Positions 8,480 to 17,165 of a DNA stretch of 64,000 nt are shown in pieces (positions within the stretch are counted from its first letter, which is position 1; every line of letters begins with the position of its first letter). Source of the DNA: a virus. The notes beneath the pieces are model-generated. The model was given only the letters and a program-made list of their open reading frames with translations, was not told the origin of the DNA and did no database searches. The stretch lies in IMG/VR virus record IMGVR_UViG_3300045988_157568; one strand, given 5' to 3'. Made by a program: the position numbers and the translations under genes.

Positions 8480-8818
8480 TTAGGCTACCTCGCAAAGTAG
8501 CCAATGTTCATTCTCATTAAGGAATTCCTCTACACCATTAAGTGAACAGTTTATAGCACGGTCAGAGTCCTCAAAATCTCTGGTTATATCGTCCATATTG
8601 TATAGCATACCACTCTTGGCAAGTTCACCATATTTGACTTGTAGCTTTTCTGCTACTTTTTCAGTTTCCTCATCTGATAGAGTTAATATTGAAATTCCTG
8701 ACATTTCGTCAATGCCACTTGACGTTATAGGACAATTATACATCTTGTCCCCTCGAATGGCAACAATCTCGTTATCTGCGTTTGTACTTACCAAATAGTA
8801 TCTTGTTACTTCTTTCAT
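8480..8818 (-). CDS. hypothetical protein (112 aa)
   Basis: Minus-strand ORF, AGGAGGA SD upstream. Confidence 0.6.
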   Translation of the reverse strand: MKEVTRYYLVSTNADNEIVAIRGDKMYNCPITSSGIDEMSGISILTLSDEETEKVAEKLQVKYGELAKSGMLYNMDDITRDFEDSDRAINCSLNGVEEFLNENEHWLLCEVA

Positions 8819-8834
8819 TTTATTTATCCTCCTT

Positions 8835-9455
8835 TTACATCATTAGATAGACGATACGTCCGTCATCTAACTCAACGTACCCATCATTTTCTTCTGCTAA
8901 ATCCTCGCCAAACTTTTCATAGTTAAAATATCTGCTCATTATTTCACTTGCACTTTGTGTGATGTAACCTAAACCCCACGCCTCATTTTCGCCCAATTCA
9001 TAATAGTCCTCATATACCGTTCCCACAACGGCTCTGTCTTTATATTCATAAGGATATGTGTCAAATATATCCTCAATATCTTTATCTGACAAGTTCCATT
9101 GTTCTTTCAAATATTCCATTTCGTCAATGGAAATCTTTTCAAAAAACTCTTTGCCCTCGTCACTTTGTAACTTCTGAATAGCCTGTTCGACTATCGGCTT
9201 TATGTGTTTTACCAAATGTTTAACGTCACTTAGTATACCCCTCGATATTCGTATATAATCTTTTATGGCATTGTATTCTTCCTCGGTAAGCACTGTTTCT
9301 ATGGTGTCATAGTTAGGAAGTCCACGAATTGAAGAGCCATAGAAACAGGCACCGCAAGTAGTAAGACGTAGAACACCCTCTCTATACTCTGCGTCAAGAT
9401 AGTTACAACAATCTCTGTTGTCTTTATCAATTTCTCTAAACATAAATACTTTCAT
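8835..9455 (-). CDS. possible ArdA-like anti-restriction protein
   Basis: Acidic protein. The C-terminal stretch (YFNYEKFGEDLAEENDGYVELDDGRIVYL) resembles, from memory, the C-terminus of ArdA (NYIDYQAYGRDL...HGIFEI). Unverified. Confidence 0.35.
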   Translation of the reverse strand: MKVFMFREIDKDNRDCCNYLDAEYREGVLRLTTCGACFYGSSIRGLPNYDTIETVLTEEEYNAIKDYIRISRGILSDVKHLVKHIKPIVEQAIQKLQSDEGKEFFEKISIDEMEYLKEQWNLSDKDIEDIFDTYPYEYKDRAVVGTVYEDYYELGENEAWGLGYITQSASEIMSRYFNYEKFGEDLAEENDGYVELDDGRIVYLMM

Positions 9456-9457
9456 TT

Positions 9458-9655
9458 TTATTCCTCCATTCTTAATCTATCAATTTCTTCGGGCATTAAT
9501 ACACCGCTCAACAAGTCATACAAATCCTCAATACCAAGCTGATGTGTTTCAGCAAAGTCAAGGATATTTTGAATAAGTCTTAAACTTGTAGAAGTAAGAC
9601 TTAAATTGTTTTTTATCCATATATAAAATTCTTCAAAATTCATCAACTTCCTCAA
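9458..9655 (-). CDS. hypothetical protein (65 aa)
   Basis: Small ORF tightly packed in the co-directional array. Confidence 0.5.
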   Translation of the reverse strand: MRKLMNFEEFYIWIKNNLSLTSTSLRLIQNILDFAETHQLGIEDLYDLLSGVLMPEEIDRLRMEE

Positions 9656-9863
9656 ATCCTTCCCTTTTCAAAAAATGAATATAATCTCTAATGTCTTGTT
9701 TGCGTACCACCTCAAGACTATTAGAATTTACATAGTCATAACGTGGGTTCTCAAATGTCATAAATATTTTTCTTCTGAAATCCACTGCAACATTTAGATT
9801 AAGAGCATACCCTCTTTTTACCCAATTTTTATCTCGCCAATACAGATGTAATTGAAATTCCAT
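9633..9863 (-). CDS. hypothetical protein (76 aa)
   Basis: Small ORF, overlaps the next gene by 23 nt. Confidence 0.5.
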   Translation of the reverse strand: MEFQLHLYWRDKNWVKRGYALNLNVAVDFRRKIFMTFENPRYDYVNSNSLEVVRKQDIRDYIHFLKREGFEEVDEF

Positions 9864-9871
9864 AATATCAC

Positions 9872-10144
9872 CTACCTCAAAATTCCTACTTTATAAAGCA
9901 CTCTGACAAACAAGTTAATTTGCTTTTCAGTAATTGCATTGACTTTCTTGTTGCCATTCCTCAATATATCATATACAGTGTCAGTATCAATTCTTGATGT
10001 ATCTGATACATCTTTAATAGCTATTATTTCGCCGTTGCCCTCTACCTGTTTAGCTACTTCCTGTTCATTTTCAGCAGGTATAAGGGTACTAAAACAGCTA
10101 TCATTATCTTCCAAGTATACCTTATAAATCTTTAACTCTGTCAT
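9872..10144 (-). CDS. hypothetical protein (90 aa)
   Basis: ORF downstream of promoter 10187-10215. Confidence 0.6.
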   Translation of the reverse strand: MTELKIYKVYLEDNDSCFSTLIPAENEQEVAKQVEGNGEIIAIKDVSDTSRIDTDTVYDILRNGNKKVNAITEKQINLFVRVLYKVGILR

Positions 10145-10186
10145 TTTCTATCATTCCTTTCGTATCTATCTTTAACTTACAAATAT

Positions 10187-10236
10187 ATTATAGCATACAT
10201 TTTAAGCACTGTCAAATAAGGAATTTCCTCACTTCA
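10187..10236 (-). promoter_or_regulatory. SigA-type promoter with AAGTGAGGAAATTCCTTA box
   Basis: TTGACA = 10210-10215, TATAAT = 10187-10192, 17-nt spacer. Confidence 0.8.
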
Positions 10237-10240
10237 AGGT

Positions 10241-10267
10241 AAAAATAAAGGGCGGTTTATACCGCCC
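10241..10267 (-). terminator. Rho-independent terminator
   Basis: Minus strand: gggcggt-ataa-accgccc hairpin followed by TTTATTTTT, immediately after the stop of 10274..10942. Confidence 0.75.
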
Positions 10268-10273
10268 AAGTTA

Positions 10274-10942
10274 TTATTTTATAGTTGCTTTAATTACTTT
10301 GTTTTCCTCACTGTCTGTATTTTTACGAACAGGTAATACATAAGCATAACCATATTTATTTTTAAAGCATATACCACAAGTATCTCTCTTATCCTTATCC
10401 ATATAGACCTCAAAATCTTCACCGTCATTTAATATGGATAATGATATATCAAGTAAAGCCGTACTGATATAAGTTTCCTCAAATTGTGAAAATACTGTTG
10501 CATTATCTATATACAGTATTGCTTTTTTCAAAAGTTTGTACCCCTCTAACTTAGCGTCAATCTTATGTTGTGCAAAGTTGAACTTTCCGACATACATATA
10601 ATCATTAATACCCTCCATAATACCAGCTACATTGGGATAAGGTCTTTCCTCGTCTTGGGGAGGTATGCCATTCGGCTGTTCCTTTGTAAATACCAAAGAA
10701 CTGCCGTTAAGGAATGAGTAGTATTCCTCATTCTTATATTCAATTAGTTTTGGTCTTTCAAGGTGTTGTTTCGGTAAAGGTCGAGTAAACTGCGTTGGAG
10801 TTTCTGCATACTTCTTCATAGCCGATAACCTCTGTTTTCCTGTAACAGATAAACCGTTTTTATACATTTCGCTTTTAACACGGAAACGAAGTCCCTCTAA
10901 ATCATTTTCTTCAAGATATTTTAAAACTGTTTCTGCTTTCAT
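10274..10942 (-). CDS. hypothetical protein (222 aa)
   Basis: Long ORF; no family recognised. Confidence 0.6.
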   Translation of the reverse strand: MKAETVLKYLEENDLEGLRFRVKSEMYKNGLSVTGKQRLSAMKKYAETPTQFTRPLPKQHLERPKLIEYKNEEYYSFLNGSSLVFTKEQPNGIPPQDEERPYPNVAGIMEGINDYMYVGKFNFAQHKIDAKLEGYKLLKKAILYIDNATVFSQFEETYISTALLDISLSILNDGEDFEVYMDKDKRDTCGICFKNKYGYAYVLPVRKNTDSEENKVIKATIK

Positions 10943-10944
10943 AA

Positions 10945-11250
10945 TTAGTCCTCCTTTTTCTTCATATATTCTTTGATTGCCATTCTTGCATAACGTATTG
11001 CCCTCGCACCCGACAAGCTGATATAATTGATGTCGTGTAACTCTTGTGACTTGTTATTTATATAACCTGTCAGAGATATAATACTTTCTTCCTCGTATTG
11101 TGTATAACTGTTGCAGTCGGTGTATTCTACACACCAAGCCTTTCCTTCCTCACAATCTAAATAAATGGCTGGGAAGTTGCCACGTTTCTTAACAAGGTCA
11201 TATGACCTTACCGCCTTACAGATACTTTTTTCATCTAACATTTTTTTCAA
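10945..11250 (-). CDS. hypothetical protein (101 aa)
   Basis: ORF downstream of promoter 11298-11326. Confidence 0.6.
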   Translation of the reverse strand: MKKMLDEKSICKAVRSYDLVKKRGNFPAIYLDCEEGKAWCVEYTDCNSYTQYEEESIISLTGYINNKSQELHDINYISLSGARAIRYARMAIKEYMKKKED

Positions 11251-11297
11251 GTCCTTTCGTATTTAATCTTTTGTAGTCATCTCTTGACTACATTTAT

Positions 11298-11346
11298 ATT
11301 ATAGCATATGTTTAAAAGAAGTGCAAATAGAGGAAAATCCTCTATT
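11298..11346 (-). promoter_or_regulatory. SigA-type promoter preceded by an 8-bp-arm hairpin
   Basis: TTGCAC = 11321-11326, TATAAT = 11298-11303, 17-nt spacer. ATAGAGGA-TTT-TCCTCTAT palindrome overlaps the TAG stop of the upstream gene. Confidence 0.7.
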
Positions 11347-11809
11347 CGCTATCCAATCCGTTCTTTTTGTATAACTCAACAATATCATCTTCTGATATCC
11401 CCTCTTTTTCAGCTAAAGCCCAATCCTCACACTCATTAAATTCAGTAGTGTGGAAACAATAAGGACAGTCTTTTAAACAATCAGTACTATTACAATATTC
11501 CTTAATCGCTGTTACATTCTTAGTATCTGCATATTCCTCTTTATGCTCACTCCACCAATCAAATGCTTCCTCTCTTATCTTTTGTTCACGCATTTCCTCT
11601 GACGGTAAGTCAAGCCATTCTCTTACTGTGTCCTCGTCAAAGGCAAGCAGGTCATTTATATTAGTGTCTGTGCAACCGTCAGGGTACAAGTCCTCCAATA
11701 TAAACTCTAAATCATCAAGTTTGCCATTATCACGAATTTCATTATAGAAATCCACTGCTCCTCCCCACGGCTCAAAGTCACCGAACTCACATATAACTTT
11801 TAAACTCAT
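11342..11809 (-). CDS. highly acidic protein (possible DNA mimic / anti-restriction)
   Basis: D/E-rich throughout (LDDLEFILEDLYPDG, EDDIVELY). Start at ATG 11809 after AAAGGGTG. Confidence 0.4.
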   Translation of the reverse strand: MSLKVICEFGDFEPWGGAVDFYNEIRDNGKLDDLEFILEDLYPDGCTDTNINDLLAFDEDTVREWLDLPSEEMREQKIREEAFDWWSEHKEEYADTKNVTAIKEYCNSTDCLKDCPYCFHTTEFNECEDWALAEKEGISEDDIVELYKKNGLDSE

Positions 11810-11864
11810 AATAAACACCCTTTCATAAATAATTTTTTTTCACAATCTTTCCGACTGCACTATT

Positions 11865-11910
11865 ATTATATCATATATCAGAAATTTGGCAAATGAGCAA
11901 ATTCCTCACT
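11865..11910 (-). promoter_or_regulatory. SigA-type promoter
   Basis: TTGCCA = 11887-11892, TATAAT = 11865-11870, 16-nt spacer. Upstream AAAGTGAGGAATTTGC box. Confidence 0.65.
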
Positions 11911-13296
11911 TTATCTGAATATTGTATTAAAAATACTGTTAGCTACATTATTTAATATTTTTGTATTATTAATCTTTGCATTTTCCCTTTTTGGCTTGTT
12001 TTTTGGCTCTTGAAGTGGCTTTTGTGCCGTTGGCACGTCATTATATATTATTGTACTTTTAAGCGGTTTACACCCCTTAAAAAAGCTACCACAAAGTGTT
12101 AAATCATAGTCAACACGTTCACTATTATTTAATACATTCAAGTCGCTTTTTGGCGGTGAAATAAAAGTTTTTTCGGCTTGTTGCGGTATACCTTTACTAT
12201 TTAAACAGGACACTACCGCTTGACCTACTCCCATATTATATAGACATTCCTCAATATCTAAGTTTGGGTTTTGTCTGAATGTTTGAGCCGTTGCCTTTAG
12301 ATTACTTAATTCCTTTTTAGTGTAAGCCCTCACTGCGTGTTGTATTCTGTTTGAAAGTTGGTTTAAAATACTGTCGGGAATATCTGTAACATTTTGAGAT
12401 ATAAAATACACACCGACACCCTTTGAACGTATCAACTTTACAACTTGTGTTATCTTTTGTGCAACACTTTTAGGCAGTCCCTCAAAAATCAGGTGACTTT
12501 CATCAAAGAATAAACAAAGTTTAGGTTTATCACAATCGCCTACTTCCTCTAATTCGTTATATAGCTTATTCAGTAGCCATATAATAAACGTGCTATATAA
12601 CAAGGGTTCTCTTATAAGTTTTACGCAGTCTAATATACTTACTACTCCCTGTCCTCTATCGTCCCTGCACATAAGGTATTGCAAATTAAAAGGCTCATCA
12701 CCGAAAAGACTTTCACCCCTCTGCTGCTCCAATCCCAGTAAGGCTCTTATAATAGAACTTACAGATGAAGAATGAATATTTCCGTAGTCCTCTGATAAAT
12801 CTTCTTTGTTATTCACAACATACTTTATCACTTTGCGTAAGTCAGATAAAGTATGAAGTTTAAAGTTTTCATCTTGTGCGACTTTAAAGATAATGTTTAA
12901 AACTCCGCTTTGTATATTCGTGAGTTTTAACATTCTTGATAACAAAGGAACTCCGACTTCCTCGACTGTCGTTTTTATACCCATTCCACTTTCTTTGAAT
13001 ATATCCCAAAAGGCACAAGGAAAAGCTTCAAAATCAAAGTCGTTTATTTTCATTGCCTTTGCTTTACGTTTAAATTCTTGATTACTTCCTTTCCTCGCTA
13101 TACCACTTAGGTCGCCTTTCATATCCGAGATAAAGCAAGGTATACCTTGTTGAGATAAACCCTCAATAATAACCCTTAGCGTTACAGTTTTACCTGTGCC
13201 AGTCGCTCCTCCGATTACTCCGTGACGGCATAGCATATTACTGTTAAGCACTATGCTTTTACCATTTTCGGACTTACCTATTAAAATTTTGTCCAT
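11911..13296 (-). CDS. HerA-like / DUF853 (YjgR-type) P-loop NTPase
   Basis: CRHGVIGGATGTGKTVTL Walker A and LCLFFDESHL Walker B. The overall N-terminal pattern matches my memory of YjgR/DUF853. Start ATG 13296 after AAGGAAG. Confidence 0.6.
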   Translation of the reverse strand: MDKILIGKSENGKSIVLNSNMLCRHGVIGGATGTGKTVTLRVIIEGLSQQGIPCFISDMKGDLSGIARKGSNQEFKRKAKAMKINDFDFEAFPCAFWDIFKESGMGIKTTVEEVGVPLLSRMLKLTNIQSGVLNIIFKVAQDENFKLHTLSDLRKVIKYVVNNKEDLSEDYGNIHSSSVSSIIRALLGLEQQRGESLFGDEPFNLQYLMCRDDRGQGVVSILDCVKLIREPLLYSTFIIWLLNKLYNELEEVGDCDKPKLCLFFDESHLIFEGLPKSVAQKITQVVKLIRSKGVGVYFISQNVTDIPDSILNQLSNRIQHAVRAYTKKELSNLKATAQTFRQNPNLDIEECLYNMGVGQAVVSCLNSKGIPQQAEKTFISPPKSDLNVLNNSERVDYDLTLCGSFFKGCKPLKSTIIYNDVPTAQKPLQEPKNKPKRENAKINNTKILNNVANSIFNTIFR

Positions 13297-13333
13297 TCTT
13301 TGCACTTCCTTTTAGTATTTAGTATTAGTTATA

Positions 13334-13729
13334 TTATATCATATTATATTGCTTTAGGTATTCTTCTGTAATTTCCTCACAATCGTGGAACTCACATAAT
13401 CCAAGTTGTATTGCAATACCTTTATTAATTTGCTTTTCAAAGTCTTTAGTAATAAAGCCGAGTTTCTCCTCAATATTGTTCTTTGAAAGCACTGTCAAAG
13501 TTTCACATCTGACGACTTGATTTTTAAATAAAAATTCACCGTCAAGACTTACCACGTTCTCCTCTTTAATTGGTATGTGCATTGGATAATCTCTGTTACT
13601 CCTACCAAAGTAGGCAACATTTACAAAATGATTATTTACATTATTCCAACTGTTTGAAACAATCACCCCTTCCCTCATATATCCACTTTTTGTTACTGTT
13701 CTTATTATATCACCACGTTTAAAAGTCAT
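13334..13729 (-). CDS. MazF/PemK-like endoribonuclease toxin homologue
   Basis: FKRGDII...GVIVSN...MHIPI...VVRCETLTVLSKNNIEEKLGFITKDFEKQINKGIAIQLGL parallels B. subtilis EndoA (KRGDVY...VLVIQN...THVEI...LLEQIRTIDKQRL..KI..L....M.KV.EAL.ISLAL). Confidence 0.6.
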   Translation of the reverse strand: MTFKRGDIIRTVTKSGYMREGVIVSNSWNNVNNHFVNVAYFGRSNRDYPMHIPIKEENVVSLDGEFLFKNQVVRCETLTVLSKNNIEEKLGFITKDFEKQINKGIAIQLGLCEFHDCEEITEEYLKQYNMI

Positions 13730-13935
13730 TATAGCTGTCCTCCATATTGTTCTTTATTTGCATTATAGAAATCTAACACCATTTCCGACAAATCCAACTC
13801 CTCATCAATCTCTGTCTTAGCCTTGATATACTTATCAATCATATCAAAAATATCTTTTTTACCTTCCTCAAGTTCTTTAATAAGTCCTTCAATTATAGGA
13901 CTTAATACTTCTCCCTCAATTAATTTATCGCTCAT
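13729..13935 (-). CDS. small acidic protein, candidate antitoxin
   Basis: 68 aa, acidic. Its TAA stop overlaps the toxin ATG (TAATG at 13727-13731). AAAGGAG SD before ATG 13935. Confidence 0.45.
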   Translation of the reverse strand: MSDKLIEGEVLSPIIEGLIKELEEGKKDIFDMIDKYIKAKTEIDEELDLSEMVLDFYNANKEQYGGQL

Positions 13936-13964
13936 TTTTATTGCTCCTTTCAAAATCTTACTGA

Positions 13965-14417
13965 CTAAGCAATCTCTCTTAGTGCGTCAAGTTCTTCCTC
14001 GCTGAATAGTCTTTCAACTTTTGCATATTCATTTACGCACGCTTTCCATACCTTGCGTGACTGCTTATTATAACCGCCCTCAAAATCATCATAAATATCA
14101 AAGCCATAATCATTACAGAAATCCTCATAGTCATCACAAGGGTATTTTTGTAGGCAAGCCAAAACATCATAAGGCGTGACCTCATCTCCCTTTAGGTTTC
14201 CCCAAAATGTGATAAAGAAATGACTTCTTCCCCTCGATACACATACACTGTATTTTGGACGAGGTGTGTCCTCATTCCAAAGAGGGTTAATGAAATAACC
14301 TTTATAGTTAATACTTACTTTTGCACCTGTTTCGAACAGGAATACCTCGGTTGCCTTTTCGTATTCGCCCTGCTCTATTAATAGTCTTAATCTTTTTTGT
14401 AGTCTTGATAATTCCAT
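13965..14417 (-). CDS. hypothetical protein (150 aa)
   Basis: Long ORF; no family recognised. Confidence 0.6.
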   Translation of the reverse strand: MELSRLQKRLRLLIEQGEYEKATEVFLFETGAKVSINYKGYFINPLWNEDTPRPKYSVCVSRGRSHFFITFWGNLKGDEVTPYDVLACLQKYPCDDYEDFCNDYGFDIYDDFEGGYNKQSRKVWKACVNEYAKVERLFSEEELDALREIA

Positions 14418-14502
14418 TCTAAAACACTCCGTTTCTATCGTTTTATACGGCTTTAAAGCCGTTACCTATATATTTATATACCTAAAGGCTTAACAAGGCT
14501 TT

Positions 14503-14877
14503 TTATAAGCCTTGTACCGCCTTATCAATCTTTTCCATTACATCACTTTCAAGGGTATCGGCGTAAGCCTTTGCTCCGTATGCTTTTAACAAGTCCACAA
14601 CTGCATTTTTTATAAGGTCTTTACACTCCCTCATAGCCTTTTGTGACTTGCGTTTTACTGTTTTAATGCACATTGTTTTACAGTCTGTATGAGGTGCATA
14701 GTTTTTGCAAACAATACCATTACCACAATCCTCAATACTCATAAATGTGGTGCTTACATAATAACCTTTTTGGCAATTCCAATTCTTGCCGTCCTCATAA
14801 TCAAAGGTTACTTCAAGTGTAGTCTTGTCATTTACCTTTTTAGTTAGTCCACTTCTTACCATAAAAATCTCGCTCAT
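14503..14877 (-). CDS. hypothetical Cys-rich protein (124 aa)
   Basis: ORF with GGAGGA SD. Confidence 0.6.
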   Translation of the reverse strand: MSEIFMVRSGLTKKVNDKTTLEVTFDYEDGKNWNCQKGYYVSTTFMSIEDCGNGIVCKNYAPHTDCKTMCIKTVKRKSQKAMRECKDLIKNAVVDLLKAYGAKAYADTLESDVMEKIDKAVQGL

Positions 14878-14913
14878 AAATAGTCCTCCATTTCATAATT
14901 AATAACTTTGTTT

Positions 14914-14982
14914 TTACATTGCTTTTAGTGCGGTGCATATTCCAACACCTATTCCGAACATTAATAGTCCGACTGTTACCAT
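14914..14982 (-). CDS. 22-aa hydrophobic mini-protein (not in ORF track)
   Basis: ATG 14982..14980, MVTVGLLMFGIGVGICTALKAM, TAA 14916..14914. GGAAGTGA SD-like sequence 7 nt upstream. First ORF after promoter 15032-15060. Confidence 0.4.
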   Translation of the reverse strand: MVTVGLLMFGIGVGICTALKAM

Positions 14983-15031
14983 TTTTTATTCACTTCCTTT
15001 CCGCTTGTCCTTTCCGCTTGTCTATGCTTAC

Positions 15032-15080
15032 ATTATAGCAAACTCTTTAACCATTGTCAAATAACGATATTCCTCACTTG
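15032..15080 (-). promoter_or_regulatory. SigA-type promoter with AAGTGAGGAATATCG box
   Basis: TTGACA = 15055-15060, TATAAT = 15032-15037, 17-nt spacer. The leader carries a tandem cctttccgcttgt x2. Confidence 0.8.
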
Positions 15081-15096
15081 GGAGGGAATGTGTAGC

Positions 15097-15939
15097 TTAT
15101 GCTACACTATCCAACTCCTCACTATTTGGGTATATCATCTGTACTGCTTTTTCAGCTTTAGCACTTGCGTATAAAATTAAGTGCGTATCATTCTCAAGTG
15201 CTTTTAACCAACTTTGAATATATGCACTTGAATTATCAAAAGTTTTTTCACTGATGTTTAACATACTACATAAAATAGCACTTCCTATTTCAGCGACAAG
15301 CTCCTCTCTTGCATAAGACTTACTTCCAAACTTTCCTCCCATTTCTCTATTTAATCTTGACTTACTTCCTGTACTATGAACAAGTTCGTGGAATAATGTA
15401 GAGTAATATTCCTCGGCACTATCAAACTGCTCCATAGGTGGTACGTTTACCTTATCACAATCGGGGATAAAGTAAGCACTATCCTCATTATCGTGACTGA
15501 TAGACACATTATAATTATTTACATAATCATTTACTACATTTTCGCAAGTATCTATTTTAAATATGTTGTCATTTGTTGCGTGTTTTCTTTTACTCTCTAC
15601 TCCGTCAATGTCATTTATACTGAACACTCTGTAATATCTCAATACCATATGAGATACTTTTGGCTCGTCCTCATTTTCTTTATCTTCAACTTTTGCCGAT
15701 TGATAATAGACTACTATATGACTTTTTGCACCTTTGTGCAACTTTGCACCTTTTATATTCTGTATCTGTTTAAATGTAAGGTACTCACCACCACCCAAAA
15801 GTAGTCTATTAATTCCTCGGTACTCTTTTCGGGTTACATAATTAATGGGAGGGTTACAAGACCAAGACTTGTGCCAAGCAACCTCACCCTGCTTTAACTT
15901 TTCTATTATTGCATTTGTAACTATTTCTGCAACTGTCAT
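15097..15939 (-). CDS. ardC: ArdC-like anti-restriction protein (ssDNA-binding N-domain plus zincin metalloprotease)
   Basis: N-terminal W..W......N..T...Y.G.N..LL pattern (VAWHKSWS...NYVTRKEYRGINRLLL) and HELVHS zinc-protease motif. Confidence 0.7.
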   Translation of the reverse strand: MTVAEIVTNAIIEKLKQGEVAWHKSWSCNPPINYVTRKEYRGINRLLLGGGEYLTFKQIQNIKGAKLHKGAKSHIVVYYQSAKVEDKENEDEPKVSHMVLRYYRVFSINDIDGVESKRKHATNDNIFKIDTCENVVNDYVNNYNVSISHDNEDSAYFIPDCDKVNVPPMEQFDSAEEYYSTLFHELVHSTGSKSRLNREMGGKFGSKSYAREELVAEIGSAILCSMLNISEKTFDNSSAYIQSWLKALENDTHLILYASAKAEKAVQMIYPNSEELDSVA

Positions 15940-15952
15940 TTTAATCGCTCCA

Positions 15953-15992
15953 TTTCATAAATAGTATTTATATATTCGTCAATCGCTTGACT
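15953..15992. repeat. 40-nt leader block identical to 8079-8118
   Basis: Same 40-nt string read at both sites. Confidence 0.9.
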
Positions 15993-15999
15993 TGCTTAT

Positions 16000-16050
16000 A
16001 TTATACATATTGATAAAGCACTTGTCAAATAAGGATTTCCCTCATTCCAC
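16000..16050 (-). promoter_or_regulatory. SigA-type promoter
   Basis: TTGACA = 16023-16028, TATAAT = 16000-16005, 17-nt spacer. Upstream GGAATGAGGGAAATCC box. Confidence 0.8.
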
Positions 16051-16332
16051 TTAATTTTTGACTTTCAAAATATTCCTCATATTCTCATTCCTCATTTCGT
16101 CAGGTCAAGTCATTTTACATATTCTCCCAAACAGAAAAAAATTTTCCCCATATAGGCTCGCTGCCCTCTTTATCCCCCATAATAGCAACTTTTTTGTTTT
16201 CCTCACTATACATACACGAAGCATACGAAGCATAAACAAAAAATTTCTTTTTTAAAAAATCCCAATCCTCTAACACCCCCATAATAGGCGATTTTTGGTT
16301 TCCCTCATTGCTCACAAAAAAGTTTGCCGAAA

Positions 16333-16406
16333 TTTTTTTGCAAACAAAAAGAGCCCTGAATTTTTTTTGCAAACAAAGAGCTCAAAATTTGCAAAACAAA
16401 AAGAGC
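16333..16406. repeat. Three tandem-like copies of TTTGCAAACAAAAAGAGC
   Basis: Copies at 16333-16354, 16361-16381 and 16384-16406. The last copy merges into the terminator hairpin. Confidence 0.75.
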
Positions 16407-16421
16407 ACCGAAATGGTGCTC
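16388..16421 (-). terminator. Rho-independent terminator
   Basis: Minus strand: gagcacc-atttc-ggtgctc hairpin (16403-16421) followed by TTTTTGTTTTG, just after the stop of 16426..17145. Confidence 0.8.
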
Positions 16422-16425
16422 AATT

Positions 16426-17145
16426 TTAATTGTCATTTGGTTTTGATGTAAGTGGATTGGTGCATATATTCAACAGCTTGCCAATAAGTTTATTTGGGTC
16501 ATCTATATTAACAGATAAATCAACTGTTATATCTTCAATCTCTAAAGGCTCTTTGAGGTCAATGTTATTATCCTTAACGTATTGATATACTGTGTCCATA
16601 AAAGATTGAATTAGCTTATAGGTTACAAATGATAAATCCGTTTCATTATCCAACTTTAAGTCCACCTTTTTAGCTAAGGTTACATCTCCGTGTAACTTAA
16701 CTTCATATGTTCCCCTTACAATCGTAGTATCAAAGTTCATCTTCTTACACTTATCCTTTAATTCTGCAATCATTCCTGAAGTTGCAAGTTTATATCTTTT
16801 AGGTACAACGTGACTAAATAATGGCTCTCTTACTCTACCAAATCTATCACATACCGCCCAAAGTTCACCGTCTATAAGTATTACCAGCATTTCATTTATC
16901 CAGTCATCATAAGCAGGTTGTTCTTTGCGTTTTTTATATGCCAAAAATGGACAGGTTGTAAGATATGCACAAGAAACACTTAATAATGAATGTGTTAAAT
17001 CACAACTACTGAATATGCAGTAAGGTGAACAATCTGATATAAGTCCATAAGTTTCGTGTATATATCTTTTAAACTTGTCACAATAGGGTCTTATTACCCC
17101 TTTTTCTATTGCTTCACCTAATGACAAAACTTCTACTTTACTCAT
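16426..17145 (-). CDS. hypothetical Cys-rich protein (239 aa)
   Basis: Long ORF with GAGAGGAG SD. Flanked upstream by the G-tract element and downstream by a terminator. Confidence 0.65.
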   Translation of the reverse strand: MSKVEVLSLGEAIEKGVIRPYCDKFKRYIHETYGLISDCSPYCIFSSCDLTHSLLSVSCAYLTTCPFLAYKKRKEQPAYDDWINEMLVILIDGELWAVCDRFGRVREPLFSHVVPKRYKLATSGMIAELKDKCKKMNFDTTIVRGTYEVKLHGDVTLAKKVDLKLDNETDLSFVTYKLIQSFMDTVYQYVKDNNIDLKEPLEIEDITVDLSVNIDDPNKLIGKLLNICTNPLTSKPNDN

Positions 17146-17165
17146 TTTAATTTCTCCTCTCTGAA

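Noticed and set aside
16058-16372. Track ORFs 16115..16372 (-) and 16058..16255 (+) in the spacer between the terminator and the promoter.
   Set aside because: They are assembled from poly-A/T tracts and repeated boxes. They have no SD at a suitable distance, and their composition is unlike that of neighbouring genes. The region is kept as a non-coding repeat region, flagged for checking.
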